Shown here: in pieces, positions 16,901 through 24,036 of the stretch
Position numbering within the stretch: the stretch's first letter is position 1
How the letters are laid out: the number at the start of each line of letters is the position of its first letter
DNA from: a virus
Lineage: Duplodnaviria > Caudoviricetes
Direction: 5' to 3' (one strand)
IMG/VR virus record: IMGVR_UViG_3300049780_000025
Location: 1 to 28,275 of that record
Length of the DNA stretch: 28,275 bases
Translations under genes and position numbers: made by a program
The notes under the pieces: model-generated
Told to the model about the DNA's origin: nothing
Seen by the model: only the letters and a program-made list of their open reading frames with translations
The model's database searches: none

Positions 16901-18819
16901 AGCGTCCCCGAGGACAGGCCCTGTCCGGTGATGGTGGCGGGGTCCTCCGCGCACAGCAGCAGCGTCTCGCAGTCCTGGCACTGCGACTGGCAGACGCCGA
17001 CCGTGCCGGTGGTCGCGGCGTACGGGGTGCCGTCCAGGAGGTAGTCCGTGTGCCCCACGATGGCGCCGAGCTCGTCGCGCCGGTAGTCCCGCACGAACTG
17101 GGTGACCGTGCCGTCCGCCTGGACGTCGCACAGCACCACGGCGTCCTGCTCGGGCTGCTCCGTGCCGGTCGGGCAGGTGGTGACGGTGCCGGTCGGGGTG
17201 TAGGTGCCACCGGTGACGGCGTCGACCAGGCGCACCGAGGAGATCGCCCCGGTGTCGTCGTAGCTGTACTCCACGAGGACCAGGCCGGCGACCGTGCCGT
17301 CTGGCAGGACGTCACAGAACGTCCCGGACACCTGGATTGAGCGGGCGTCACCGCAGGCGACGGTCCCGGCCGGGACGGCGCCGGCCGACCAGGCACCGGT
17401 GACGAGGTTCAGCCACCCCTCACTGGTCACGTTGGCGTCGCAGTCCCGGACCACGGTGACCGCGATCGGTGTGCCGTCCGCGAGGCACAGCCCCACGCTG
17501 GTGACGGGCGTGGTGGGCGAGTCGCACAGCGTGCCGTCCGGGCACACGCCGAGGGTGGCGCCGCCCGGGATGGAGACCGGACCGCCGGTGACGGCGTCCA
17601 CGATCCGCGGCAGCCCCATCGGGGTGCCCTCGGCGTCGTAGACCTGCTCGGCGCGTACGTGCTGAAGCACGCTGCCGTCCAGGTTGAGCACGCACAGGGG
17701 CCACGTCTCCACGTCGGTCACCGTGGTGGCCGGGTCCACGCACGGCACGACCGCCGGGGCGGTGACCTCGGCGCCGGTCTCGACGTCCACGTATCGCACG
17801 GCTGGGTCGTCGCATCCGGCGCAGCGCACCACGGCGGCGGCGCGCACGGTGCCGGTGCCGTCGTCGTAGCAGACCTGGCCGAGGAGGAGGGGCGCCGTGG
17901 GCTCCTCGTCGCTGGTGGGCCCGCACACGCCGACGACGCCTTGCACGGCGTAGACGGTGACGCCGTCCAGGGTGGTGTCCGTGACGGTCGCGGTGCCGGT
18001 GCAGGTGCGGCAGATGGTCCGCAGGAACGGCACCGCCGCCGTCTCGGAGGTCCCCGGTACGCCCGGACCGAGGAGGGAGACGTCATCGACCAGGGCGTCG
18101 ATGAAGTCGCCGCCGACCTGGTCGGTGAAGCGGACCGTCATCTCGGTGTCGGTGGCGACGATCGGCACGGGCCCGACCACGCCATCGGCCGGCCACTGCG
18201 GGCCGCCGCTGATCTCTACGGGGGTGACGGTCTGGGAGTGCAGGACCGTCCCGGCCCCGTCGACCACCTCGACCAGCACGCTCTGGGGCGTTGTCCCGCC
18301 CGTGCCCCAGATGCCGATGCGGGCCGACAGGTTGTAGGTCAGGCCGGGGGTGACGGTCACCGTCTGCTCGGCCGAGCCTGCCGGGTTGTTGTCCGCCGAC
18401 AGGTCGAGGAAGCCGACCGAACCGTCAGGGCTGCTCGACGGGACGTAGCGGGCGCCACCGGTCAGCGTCCACCCGGAGGCGTCCGCGGGAAAGGTGCCGT
18501 TGGTGATGCGCTCGGGGGTCTCGCCCGGGGTGGTGACCTCGGTGACGTCGCACAGGAGCAGCGTCTCGCACGTGCAGGAGTCGGGCGGCGGGCAGGGCTG
18601 GAGGGTGCCCTGCGGGGCGTAGGCGGCGCCCGTGGCGGGGTCCACGGTCCGGGTCCCGACGCGGTCGCCGCTGGTGGTGTCGTAGACCGCCTCCACGAGG
18701 GCCTGGCCGGCGACCGTGCCGTCCGGGAGGACGTCGCACAGCAGGCTGCCTTCCACGTCCACGCGCGGCACCGCCGGCAGGCTGGTGATAACCGGGCTCG
18801 GCCCGCAGCATCCACTCAC
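13903..18819 (-). CDS. Giant Cys-rich modular virion/adhesin-like protein with inserted carbohydrate-binding-like domains (1638 aa)
   Basis: GTG overlaps the upstream TGA. MSGCCG leader; many LC..DG..F(L/V)R..LDG..Y..GT..C modules; CBM4/9- or DUF642-like segment ITNGTF..GWT..QTVTVTPGLTY..VRFTD..DDVSL. Confidence 0.85.
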   Translation of the reverse strand: MSGCCGPSPVITSLPAVPRVDVEGSLLCDVLPDGTVAGQALVEAVYDTTSGDRVGTRTVDPATGAAYAPQGTLQPCPPPDSCTCETLLLCDVTEVTTPGETPERITNGTFPADASGWTLTGGARYVPSSSPDGSVGFLDLSADNNPAGSAEQTVTVTPGLTYNLSARIGIWGTGGTTPQSVLVEVVDGAGTVLHSQTVTPVEISGGPQWPADGVVGPVPIVATDTEMTVRFTDQVGGDFIDALVDDVSLLGPGVPGTSETAAVPFLRTICRTCTGTATVTDTTLDGVTVYAVQGVVGVCGPTSDEEPTAPLLLGQVCYDDGTGTVRAAAVVRCAGCDDPAVRYVDVETGAEVTAPAVVPCVDPATTVTDVETWPLCVLNLDGSVLQHVRAEQVYDAEGTPMGLPRIVDAVTGGPVSIPGGATLGVCPDGTLCDSPTTPVTSVGLCLADGTPIAVTVVRDCDANVTSEGWLNLVTGAWSAGAVPAGTVACGDARSIQVSGTFCDVLPDGTVAGLVLVEYSYDDTGAISSVRLVDAVTGGTYTPTGTVTTCPTGTEQPEQDAVVLCDVQADGTVTQFVRDYRRDELGAIVGHTDYLLDGTPYAATTGTVGVCQSQCQDCETLLLCAEDPATITGQGLSSGTLPNGVAWQTRASLTAIGSSVSNADGAWWGNPASFPNVQVTPYTFTFSEPSVVEFSVYMGYIANPTETDDNCMQLPVGLEVVSLPTGWNYNAVTGLACVNLQQAPDPTGANLANPTKAVSARFRTPGPVSTLTTLFLGPRRAVNGAFRTSWVGALQVTPSVQFLRRICRDCEGMVTAITDTLLDGTTAYAPPATVKVCQPTQDQPQGTDVEPLLLCHTATADGTVTPFLRHFVYNASTGAVTGFRDTQLNGTTLFNAGAGTVGFCTDPQPEQDAVLLCHTATDGTVTEIVRDYRRDDTGAIIGHSDYTLGGATFDTTSGTVGQCRPVDCTSTPLCVRPSGTVEFISNADNNTDGRVDPVWKWSLGSLAGPWYDMYQVGVYPGWTVTDSGTAGGTAHWVAQHPDRTVTNTGLPGEGPTMTPATPDWYARASFDLPPFADPATIKVSSTVLNADQIAVEWRLNAGPWQAVNRNHAQPAYTFGPAAVPGAQAGTNTLYLHGQETVFGSGASGVMMHLVVTYDVDATAFEQWLRTTCSDGTITYLDGDGNPQPGIPADSTIVPCPGGTGGDGFDVETWPLCVVDDATGDVLQRVRAEQVYDTTGTATGAPRFVDAVTGDAVTLPAGSSLTTCPAGSSCSAVQVTQLCDVVSAPPPPIPIPASGFTLTGNVFNSGGILVFSQGNVAVNGVVERTVSGLVPGFSYEVLFDSGWGGGGFPLGTRDAMYRAEVLDGATVLTTRDTNLSNGSTVNGPLTADTPLAFTAPASGAVNIRFTDRTVGDGSGRDLHIRPLPVQTNDPIVTATPFLRAISYDCDGQPTGSTDWELDGTTAYVLDGEAGTCPTSTDGEGNSTTASGRQLVERCGCDQAPGGLVRYIELWSVDPDGAGAPVLVGTYEDGDFTLPYEPVSPVDCPADAVVSTTLTGARAVTGTAPQDLVTEFPGLQSVTLIVHSGTALATLSAGVDVPFPAGVSGTWSVGGDGLMDAASFAGADAGTSYLLLWTYTA

Positions 18820-20621
18820 AGCTGAATCTCCCGTGTGTATGAGACGGTCACGGTGCCGTCCGTGGCGGTGATGGTCAGGGGCCCGGCCAGGCGGGCGTGA
18901 TGGTCTCGGGCGACGGTCCAGGCGGTGGTCTCGCCGTCGTGGAGGGTGGAGGGGCCGTCAGCGGTCGTGACGGTGCCCGTGCCGCCGTGGGCGGTGGCCG
19001 TGACGGCCTGGAGCGTCGGGGAGTCCTCCGCGTCCCAGGTCTCGCCCGGGGCGAGTTCCAGCCGGTGCGCCTGGACGCCGAACGCCGGGGGCGCGCCCAG
19101 GTCTTCGCCCTCCTCGCACGGCAGGGGGGCCACCGGGATGTAGGGGGCGGAGTAGTCCGGCAGGTAGGTGCCCACGCTCGTCATGGCGCCGGCGCAGTCC
19201 ACGGCGAGCAGCTCCACGTAGCCGGTCTCGGGGACGCCGTCGCCGTCCGCGTCATCGCACCGGCATGCCTCCAGCACGGTCTGGGCCGGGCAATCCGGCT
19301 CCTGCTGGCACTGGCCCACCGTGCCCACCGGGGCGTAGGTGGCGCCGGCCAGGGTCAGGTTGACCACCGCGGTGACCGCGCCGGCCGGGTCCTGGACCAG
19401 CTTGCGGATGAACGGGCCGTTGTCGTCGCACAGCACCAGCTCCCCGTGGAACACCTGCGGGACCACGGGCACGGGGCCGGGCACGTCGGTGGGGCACTTG
19501 CCCACGGTGCCGGTGGGGAAGTAGCCGGCGCCGTCCAGGGTGTAGTCGGTGTGGCCGACGATCTGGGTGTTCTCGTCGCGGCGGTAGTCCCGTACGAACG
19601 CCACGGCGGTGCCGTCCGGCTGGATGTCGCACAGCAGGACCAGGTCCGCTTCCGGCTGTGCCTGGCCGGCCGGGCAGTTCCTCAGCTCCCCTTGCAGCGC
19701 GTACGCGTTACCGGTGGCCGGGTCCACCAGGGTGACGCTGGCCAGGGAGCCGTCCGGGTTGTAGGCGTACTGGACGAGGGCCAGGCCCAGCACCTCGCCG
19801 GTGGCGGGGTCGGTGTCGCACAGGATGCCCGAGAGTTCGAAGGCGCTGGGGTCGGTGCAGGCGCCGGTCCCGGCCGGGGGCGCGCCCGCGTTCCATACGC
19901 CGGTGGTGAGGTTGAGCCAGCCGTCCCGGGTGGTGGAGCCGTCGCACTGGCGGGAGACCACCACGGCAATCGGGGTGCCGTCCGCGAGGCACAGGCCCAC
20001 CGTGGCGATGGGCGGCGTCGGGGCGCAGTTGGGGCAGGCGCCCACCTCGCCCTGGACCAGGTGCGGGGTCTGGCCGTCCAGGGCCACGTCCTCGTAGGAG
20101 GCGGCCCCGGCCAGGAAGGTGTAGCGCCTCAAGAACGGGCCGGAGTCGTCGCACAGCATGACCGTCTCGCGCTCCGGGCACCCGTAGGTGCACTCCACCG
20201 GGGAGACGGGCGCGTACGGGGTCGACGGGTCGTCCTGGTAGGTGAGCAGCAGCGTGGCCGTGCCATCGGCGGCCAGGCACCACAGCTCGCTGTACGTGGT
20301 GTCCGCCTCGCCGTCGCCGGTGGTGTCGTCGCAGCGCTGGCGGCAGATCGTCTCCAGGCAGCCGGTGGGCGTGTCGCACGGCCCGGTCCCGGCCGGCGGC
20401 GCGCCGGCGGTGAACACGCCGGTGACGGGGTCGATCCATCCCACCTGGACGGGGTCGGCGGCCGGGGTGCCGCAGGTGCCGCAGGGGGAGCGCACGACGA
20501 CGAGCACGGGCGTGCCGTCCGCGCGGCACATGGAGGTCGTGGCGATGGACGGGGCGCACGCGCAGTCACCGGGCGTGCCGGTGCCGCCGTCCGGCCCACA
20601 CGGCAAAGGCTCAACTGGCAC
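18816..20621 (-). CDS. Cys-rich modular virion protein (601 aa), paralogue of the 1638-aa protein
   Basis: Shares an ~170-aa block (GLCLADGTPIAV..GWLNL.TG.W.AGA.PAGT.AC..FVRDYRRDE..IVGHTDY.LDG) with the 1638-aa protein. Confidence 0.85.
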   Translation of the reverse strand: MPVEPLPCGPDGGTGTPGDCACAPSIATTSMCRADGTPVLVVVRSPCGTCGTPAADPVQVGWIDPVTGVFTAGAPPAGTGPCDTPTGCLETICRQRCDDTTGDGEADTTYSELWCLAADGTATLLLTYQDDPSTPYAPVSPVECTYGCPERETVMLCDDSGPFLRRYTFLAGAASYEDVALDGQTPHLVQGEVGACPNCAPTPPIATVGLCLADGTPIAVVVSRQCDGSTTRDGWLNLTTGVWNAGAPPAGTGACTDPSAFELSGILCDTDPATGEVLGLALVQYAYNPDGSLASVTLVDPATGNAYALQGELRNCPAGQAQPEADLVLLCDIQPDGTAVAFVRDYRRDENTQIVGHTDYTLDGAGYFPTGTVGKCPTDVPGPVPVVPQVFHGELVLCDDNGPFIRKLVQDPAGAVTAVVNLTLAGATYAPVGTVGQCQQEPDCPAQTVLEACRCDDADGDGVPETGYVELLAVDCAGAMTSVGTYLPDYSAPYIPVAPLPCEEGEDLGAPPAFGVQAHRLELAPGETWDAEDSPTLQAVTATAHGGTGTVTTADGPSTLHDGETTAWTVARDHHARLAGPLTITATDGTVTVSYTREIQL

Positions 20622-20624
20622 CGG

Positions 20625-21263
20625 TCACGCCTCCTTGTGGACCTGGCGGCGGTGGCTGTCCCGGCCGCGGTCGGTGGTGAACTCGCGCGGGCACAGGTCG
20701 CACGCGAAGGGGCCGACGTCGCCGGCGGCCTCCCCGTCCTCGTCGCCCTGGTCTTCGTCGTGGGGGGCGTCCTCCAGCGGCGCGTAGTCCGGGCTGTCCG
20801 GGGCCGGGGGGAGGAACCCACGAGGGGCGTCACTGCCCGTCAGGAAGCCGTCCAGCTCGTACTCCTGGGCGGCGGCGTTGGAAGCGGCCAGGTCGGTGGC
20901 GAGCAGCACGGCCGTCATGGCCCGTTCGACAAACTCGGGCGGGGTGGCGGCCACCATCGCCGCGGCATCCGCGTCCGGGTCGCCGGGCGGGGTGAGCGCG
21001 TCCGGGGTGGCGACGCCCAGCAGCTCCTGGCCCAGCTCCTCCTGGCCGGGCTCCGGGCGGCCCTGCTCGGCGTCCTCCTGGGGGGACACGTAGCGGTGGC
21101 CGTCCACCAGGGCGCCCACCAGGACCTCCTCCGGGGCCTGGACGAACAGGTCCGGCGGGACGCCGAACTCGCCCAGGCCGACGGTGCCGACCTTGGGTGT
21201 CTGGGCGGTCGCCCACCGCGCGAACGCCACCAGGCGGGACCGCTCGGGCTTCACAGTGATCAT
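20625..21263 (-). CDS. Phage protein with acidic linker and C-terminal C2H2 zinc finger (212 aa)
   Basis: ATG 2 nt after the upstream stop (alternative GTG at 21275). MITVKPERSRLVAFARWA..; C-terminus FACDLCPREFTTDRGRDSHRRQVH fits C-x2-C-x3-F-x8-H-x4-H. Track ORF 20625..22115 is over-extended. Confidence 0.75.
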   Translation of the reverse strand: MITVKPERSRLVAFARWATAQTPKVGTVGLGEFGVPPDLFVQAPEEVLVGALVDGHRYVSPQEDAEQGRPEPGQEELGQELLGVATPDALTPPGDPDADAAAMVAATPPEFVERAMTAVLLATDLAASNAAAQEYELDGFLTGSDAPRGFLPPAPDSPDYAPLEDAPHDEDQGDEDGEAAGDVGPFACDLCPREFTTDRGRDSHRRQVHKEA

Positions 21264-21265
21264 GT

Positions 21266-22111
21266 TCAGGGGCACGCCATCACCTGCACTGCGCAGATCG
21301 TGCAGGTGGTGCCGACGACGACCGTCCGCTCCGCCAGCACCCTGCGGTCGTTGTTCCTGGTGTTCACGGACGCGGACGCGCGGGAGCGGTCCGGGATCAC
21401 GTCGACGGGGCCGCGGCGCACTACCACGGGGCCGGTGATGTACAGCCAGGCCGCGCCCGGCTCGGCTGGGATGCCGCCGGGGCCGACGTTGAGGAAGCTG
21501 TAACCGGCGCCGATGACGGCGCAGTTCCCAGCCAGCGTGTACAGGCCGCCCGTGGCCGGGTCCTCCCGCACCACGTTGCAGCAGCCGAGCAGCGCGGCGA
21601 CGCCGGCCGGGATGTGCAGCACGCCCTGGCCGCCGTAGCTCTCGGCCAGGCAGCCCTCCAGGGCGGCGATGCCCTGGGCGATGTTCAGCGGGCCGTCGGC
21701 GGGGGTGAGGTCCACGGCCTCCACGGACAGCTTGGTTCGCATGAACCCGGCCTCGATGGCGTGCTGCTCGCCGAGTGCCAGCGCGGCCAGGGCCTGCTCG
21801 CGTGCCTCCTCGTAGGGGAAGCCGGGCGCGGAGCACTCCACGCCGGCGTACACCGTGATGGGTGCTGCCGCCTCGGTGGTCAGGCGGGCGAACTCCTTCT
21901 CGGTGGGGTCTCCCGGCTGCGGGTCCTCGCACGGGTCCGGCCAGTCGCGTGCGGGGGCGCAGCCGAGGGCCAGCCACTCCACGCCGTTGAGCTGGTGGAT
22001 CTCGTCCTCGGTGACGTCGATGACGGTGGTGCATGAGGCGCCGAGGATGCCGTGAGGGAGTGGCGTGCCAGGGATACCGGGGACGACTTGGCGCAGTCCT
22101 GCGGGCATCAC
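21266..22111 (-). CDS. Second capsid-associated protein, probably minor capsid / capsid pentamer-type (281 aa)
   Basis: SD GGAGG; directly after MCP. PITVYAGVEC, GEQHAIE, GVLH, GAGY, WLYITGPV and N..VLAERT motifs recalled from actinophage pentamer-type capsid proteins. Confidence 0.65.
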   Translation of the reverse strand: MMPAGLRQVVPGIPGTPLPHGILGASCTTVIDVTEDEIHQLNGVEWLALGCAPARDWPDPCEDPQPGDPTEKEFARLTTEAAAPITVYAGVECSAPGFPYEEAREQALAALALGEQHAIEAGFMRTKLSVEAVDLTPADGPLNIAQGIAALEGCLAESYGGQGVLHIPAGVAALLGCCNVVREDPATGGLYTLAGNCAVIGAGYSFLNVGPGGIPAEPGAAWLYITGPVVVRRGPVDVIPDRSRASASVNTRNNDRRVLAERTVVVGTTCTICAVQVMACP

Positions 22112-22132
22112 GCACCTCCAGTCATGGGTGGG

Positions 22133-22176
22133 GCGCGTGCCGGGCCGGGACCGGGAAGCGCCGGCCCGGCACGCGC
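22133..22176 (-). terminator. Perfect 16-bp hairpin between MCP and next gene (terminator/attenuator or mRNA stabiliser)
   Basis: gcgcgtgccgggccgg (22133-22148) pairs with ccggcccggcacgcgc (22161-22176); 12-nt loop. Confidence 0.7.
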
Positions 22177-22197
22177 GTCATCGGGTGACCGGGGCGG

Positions 22198-23859
22198 TCA
22201 GGCTGCCGGGCAGGCCACGAGGGTCTGGGCGCCGGTCTCACCGGACGCGCAGACGGGCACGGTCACGACCCGGGTGTCCACCGACCTGTCGACCAGGGCG
22301 ATGCACTCCTCCGCGAACAAGGCCGTGTAATCGTTCGTCGAGAACTTGGTGCTGTCGTGAATGACACCCAGGTTGACGTCCTCGCCGCGGCCGATGACCA
22401 GCCCGCCCGCCGGGTAGATCAGGAACTGGACGGTGTCCGGCCAGGTGGTGGCGGCGGTGGTGCCGCCGATGTCGGCGGGAACGGCCGGGGCGAGGCCGCG
22501 GGCCCACTGGATGCGCACACCGAGCGGTGTGAACAGGGCCTGTACGTCCGCGACGGTGACCTCGCTGATGCTGACGCCGTTGCGGCGGGCCAGGTCCGCC
22601 AGGAACAGATTCCTGGACCACCAGGGGAACACCACCTCGAGGGAGGTGGAGTCACACAGGCTGTGGCGCTCGATCATGTCGGCGGCCTGGAGGGCGACGG
22701 CGCCGAACACGGCGCCCAGGGCTCCCATGGACTGGAGGATGGTCACCGGGGTGGCAGTGGCCAGGGCCTTCTGGAACAGGTACTGCCTGATGCGGATCTC
22801 GTGGGCCACCATGCTGTTGCGCAGGTACCAGGCGATCAGCTCCGGGAAGTGCCTCTGGGTCAGGATGCCGGCCTCCAGGCAGACACCGACGGCGTCGCAG
22901 CGGACCTCCACGGGGTCCGGGCAGGGCACCCGGTAACAGGGCTTGGTGTTGCCCGCGATGTCGTCTGCCTCGGTGTGCACCCAGGTCATGGCGGCGACGT
23001 CCAGGGACAGCGGCATGTAGTAGCGCAGGCCGCCGCGCGCGAGCTGGATCTCCGGGGCGTCCCACAGGAGATCCGGGCAGGACGTGTCCACCAGGTCATA
23101 CAGCGTCTCGGACGGGGCGCACCAGCCGCCGCTGGCGACCAGGTCGCCCTGGGGCAGCCGGGACTGGCTGGAGGCGGCCATGGCCACGGTGGTGCCCTCC
23201 GGCGCGCTGCTGGAGTCCGTGACGATGGTGTCCTGGGCGTAGGGGTGGTGGTAGCTGATCACCTGTCCTACGCCGCCGCCGGCCGTCTTGAGGGCGGTCG
23301 CACGGGTGTTGATGCCCTTGACGACGTCGTCGAAGTTGAGCGTGGCGCCCGGGGTGTAGCCGGGGACGTCCACGGCCGCGGTGATGGTGGTGCCCGGCGG
23401 CGGGGCCTCGGGCAGGACGCGCGGCTGCGCGCGGCGGACGGCGCTCAGGTTGAGCGCGGGACGGGGCGGCACGATGACGGCGGATGCGGTGGCGGTGTCC
23501 GTGGCGGCCGGCTGGTCCGTGGCGGCCGGGGGCTGCTCGGTGGCGGCGGCGGTCGGCTCGGTCGGCTCCTCGCCCTCCGGAGCAGCGGCGGGTGCGGCCG
23601 GGGCGGCCTCCTCGCCGCGGACCTGGGCGGCCAGGGCCTCGATCTCGGCGGCGGCCTGGGTGGCGGCCTCCACACGGCCGGTCTGCTCGGTACGGATGTC
23701 CTCGACGCAGGCGGCCAGGGCGCGCATGCGGGTCATGGCGTCGCCGTCGATGACGTCCTGTCCGGACAGGGCGGCGAACGCGGCGCGGGCCCCGTCCAGG
23801 GCCTGGGCCAGGGCCTCGTCATCGAGAGCGGTGACGTCCCCGGGGATTTCGAAATCCAT
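22198..23859 (-). CDS. Major capsid protein with N-terminal scaffold-like extension (553 aa)
   Basis: Coiled-coil plus Ala/Pro/Thr linker N-terminus. LVASGGWCAPSETLYD, LARGGL, KPC, CLEAGIL..FPE and LGVIHDS..NDYTALFAEE motifs of the large actinophage (mycobacteriophage cluster-B-like) MCP family. Confidence 0.9.
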   Translation of the reverse strand: MDFEIPGDVTALDDEALAQALDGARAAFAALSGQDVIDGDAMTRMRALAACVEDIRTEQTGRVEAATQAAAEIEALAAQVRGEEAAPAAPAAAPEGEEPTEPTAAATEQPPAATDQPAATDTATASAVIVPPRPALNLSAVRRAQPRVLPEAPPPGTTITAAVDVPGYTPGATLNFDDVVKGINTRATALKTAGGGVGQVISYHHPYAQDTIVTDSSSAPEGTTVAMAASSQSRLPQGDLVASGGWCAPSETLYDLVDTSCPDLLWDAPEIQLARGGLRYYMPLSLDVAAMTWVHTEADDIAGNTKPCYRVPCPDPVEVRCDAVGVCLEAGILTQRHFPELIAWYLRNSMVAHEIRIRQYLFQKALATATPVTILQSMGALGAVFGAVALQAADMIERHSLCDSTSLEVVFPWWSRNLFLADLARRNGVSISEVTVADVQALFTPLGVRIQWARGLAPAVPADIGGTTAATTWPDTVQFLIYPAGGLVIGRGEDVNLGVIHDSTKFSTNDYTALFAEECIALVDRSVDTRVVTVPVCASGETGAQTLVACPAA

Positions 23860-23887
23860 GATCGGATCTCCAGCGGTGTGCGATGGA

Positions 23888-23923
23888 GATCCGGCCCTAA
23901 ACCAGCGATCAAACGGAATAGTA
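23888..23923 (-). promoter_or_regulatory. Leader hairpin motif, copy 7 (23888-23910), with putative -10 box TACTAT (23918-23923)
   Basis: Minus strand gcTACTAT-tccgttt-GATC-GC-TGGTT-TAG-GGCCG-GATC, ending 28 nt before the MCP ATG. Confidence 0.85.
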
Positions 23924-23994
23924 GCTTCCGCGCGGCGGTGGTGTCTTGACCAGGCGCTGCGCGGGTGCTGCGTGGCGTGCTGAGGGGCTGCCGG

Positions 23995-24023
23995 GCCCCG
24001 GGCGGAGGGTGGTCGCCCGGGGC
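23995..24023 (-). terminator. GC hairpin after the 118-aa gene
   Basis: gccccgggcg (23995-24004) pairs with cgcccggggc (24014-24023). Confidence 0.55.
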
Positions 24024-24036
24024 GGTCGGCAGGCCG

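Noticed and set aside
10269-20621. Diversity-generating retroelement or invertible fibre cassette
   Set aside because: No reverse transcriptase or invertase in the window, and I saw no adenine-specific template/variable repeat pair. The repeats are in-frame protein modules.
21264-22115. 5' extension of track ORF 20625..22115 (similarly 7679..8647, 7305..8237 and 6532..7299)
   Set aside because: The extensions are off-frame read-through over neighbouring genes. Coupled or SD-supported starts lie downstream.
4284-23910. Repeated motif read as a CRISPR repeat, att site or intrinsic terminator
   Set aside because: Copies are dispersed with no spacer array, the flanks covary instead of being identical, there are no U-tracts, and they sit just before start codons.
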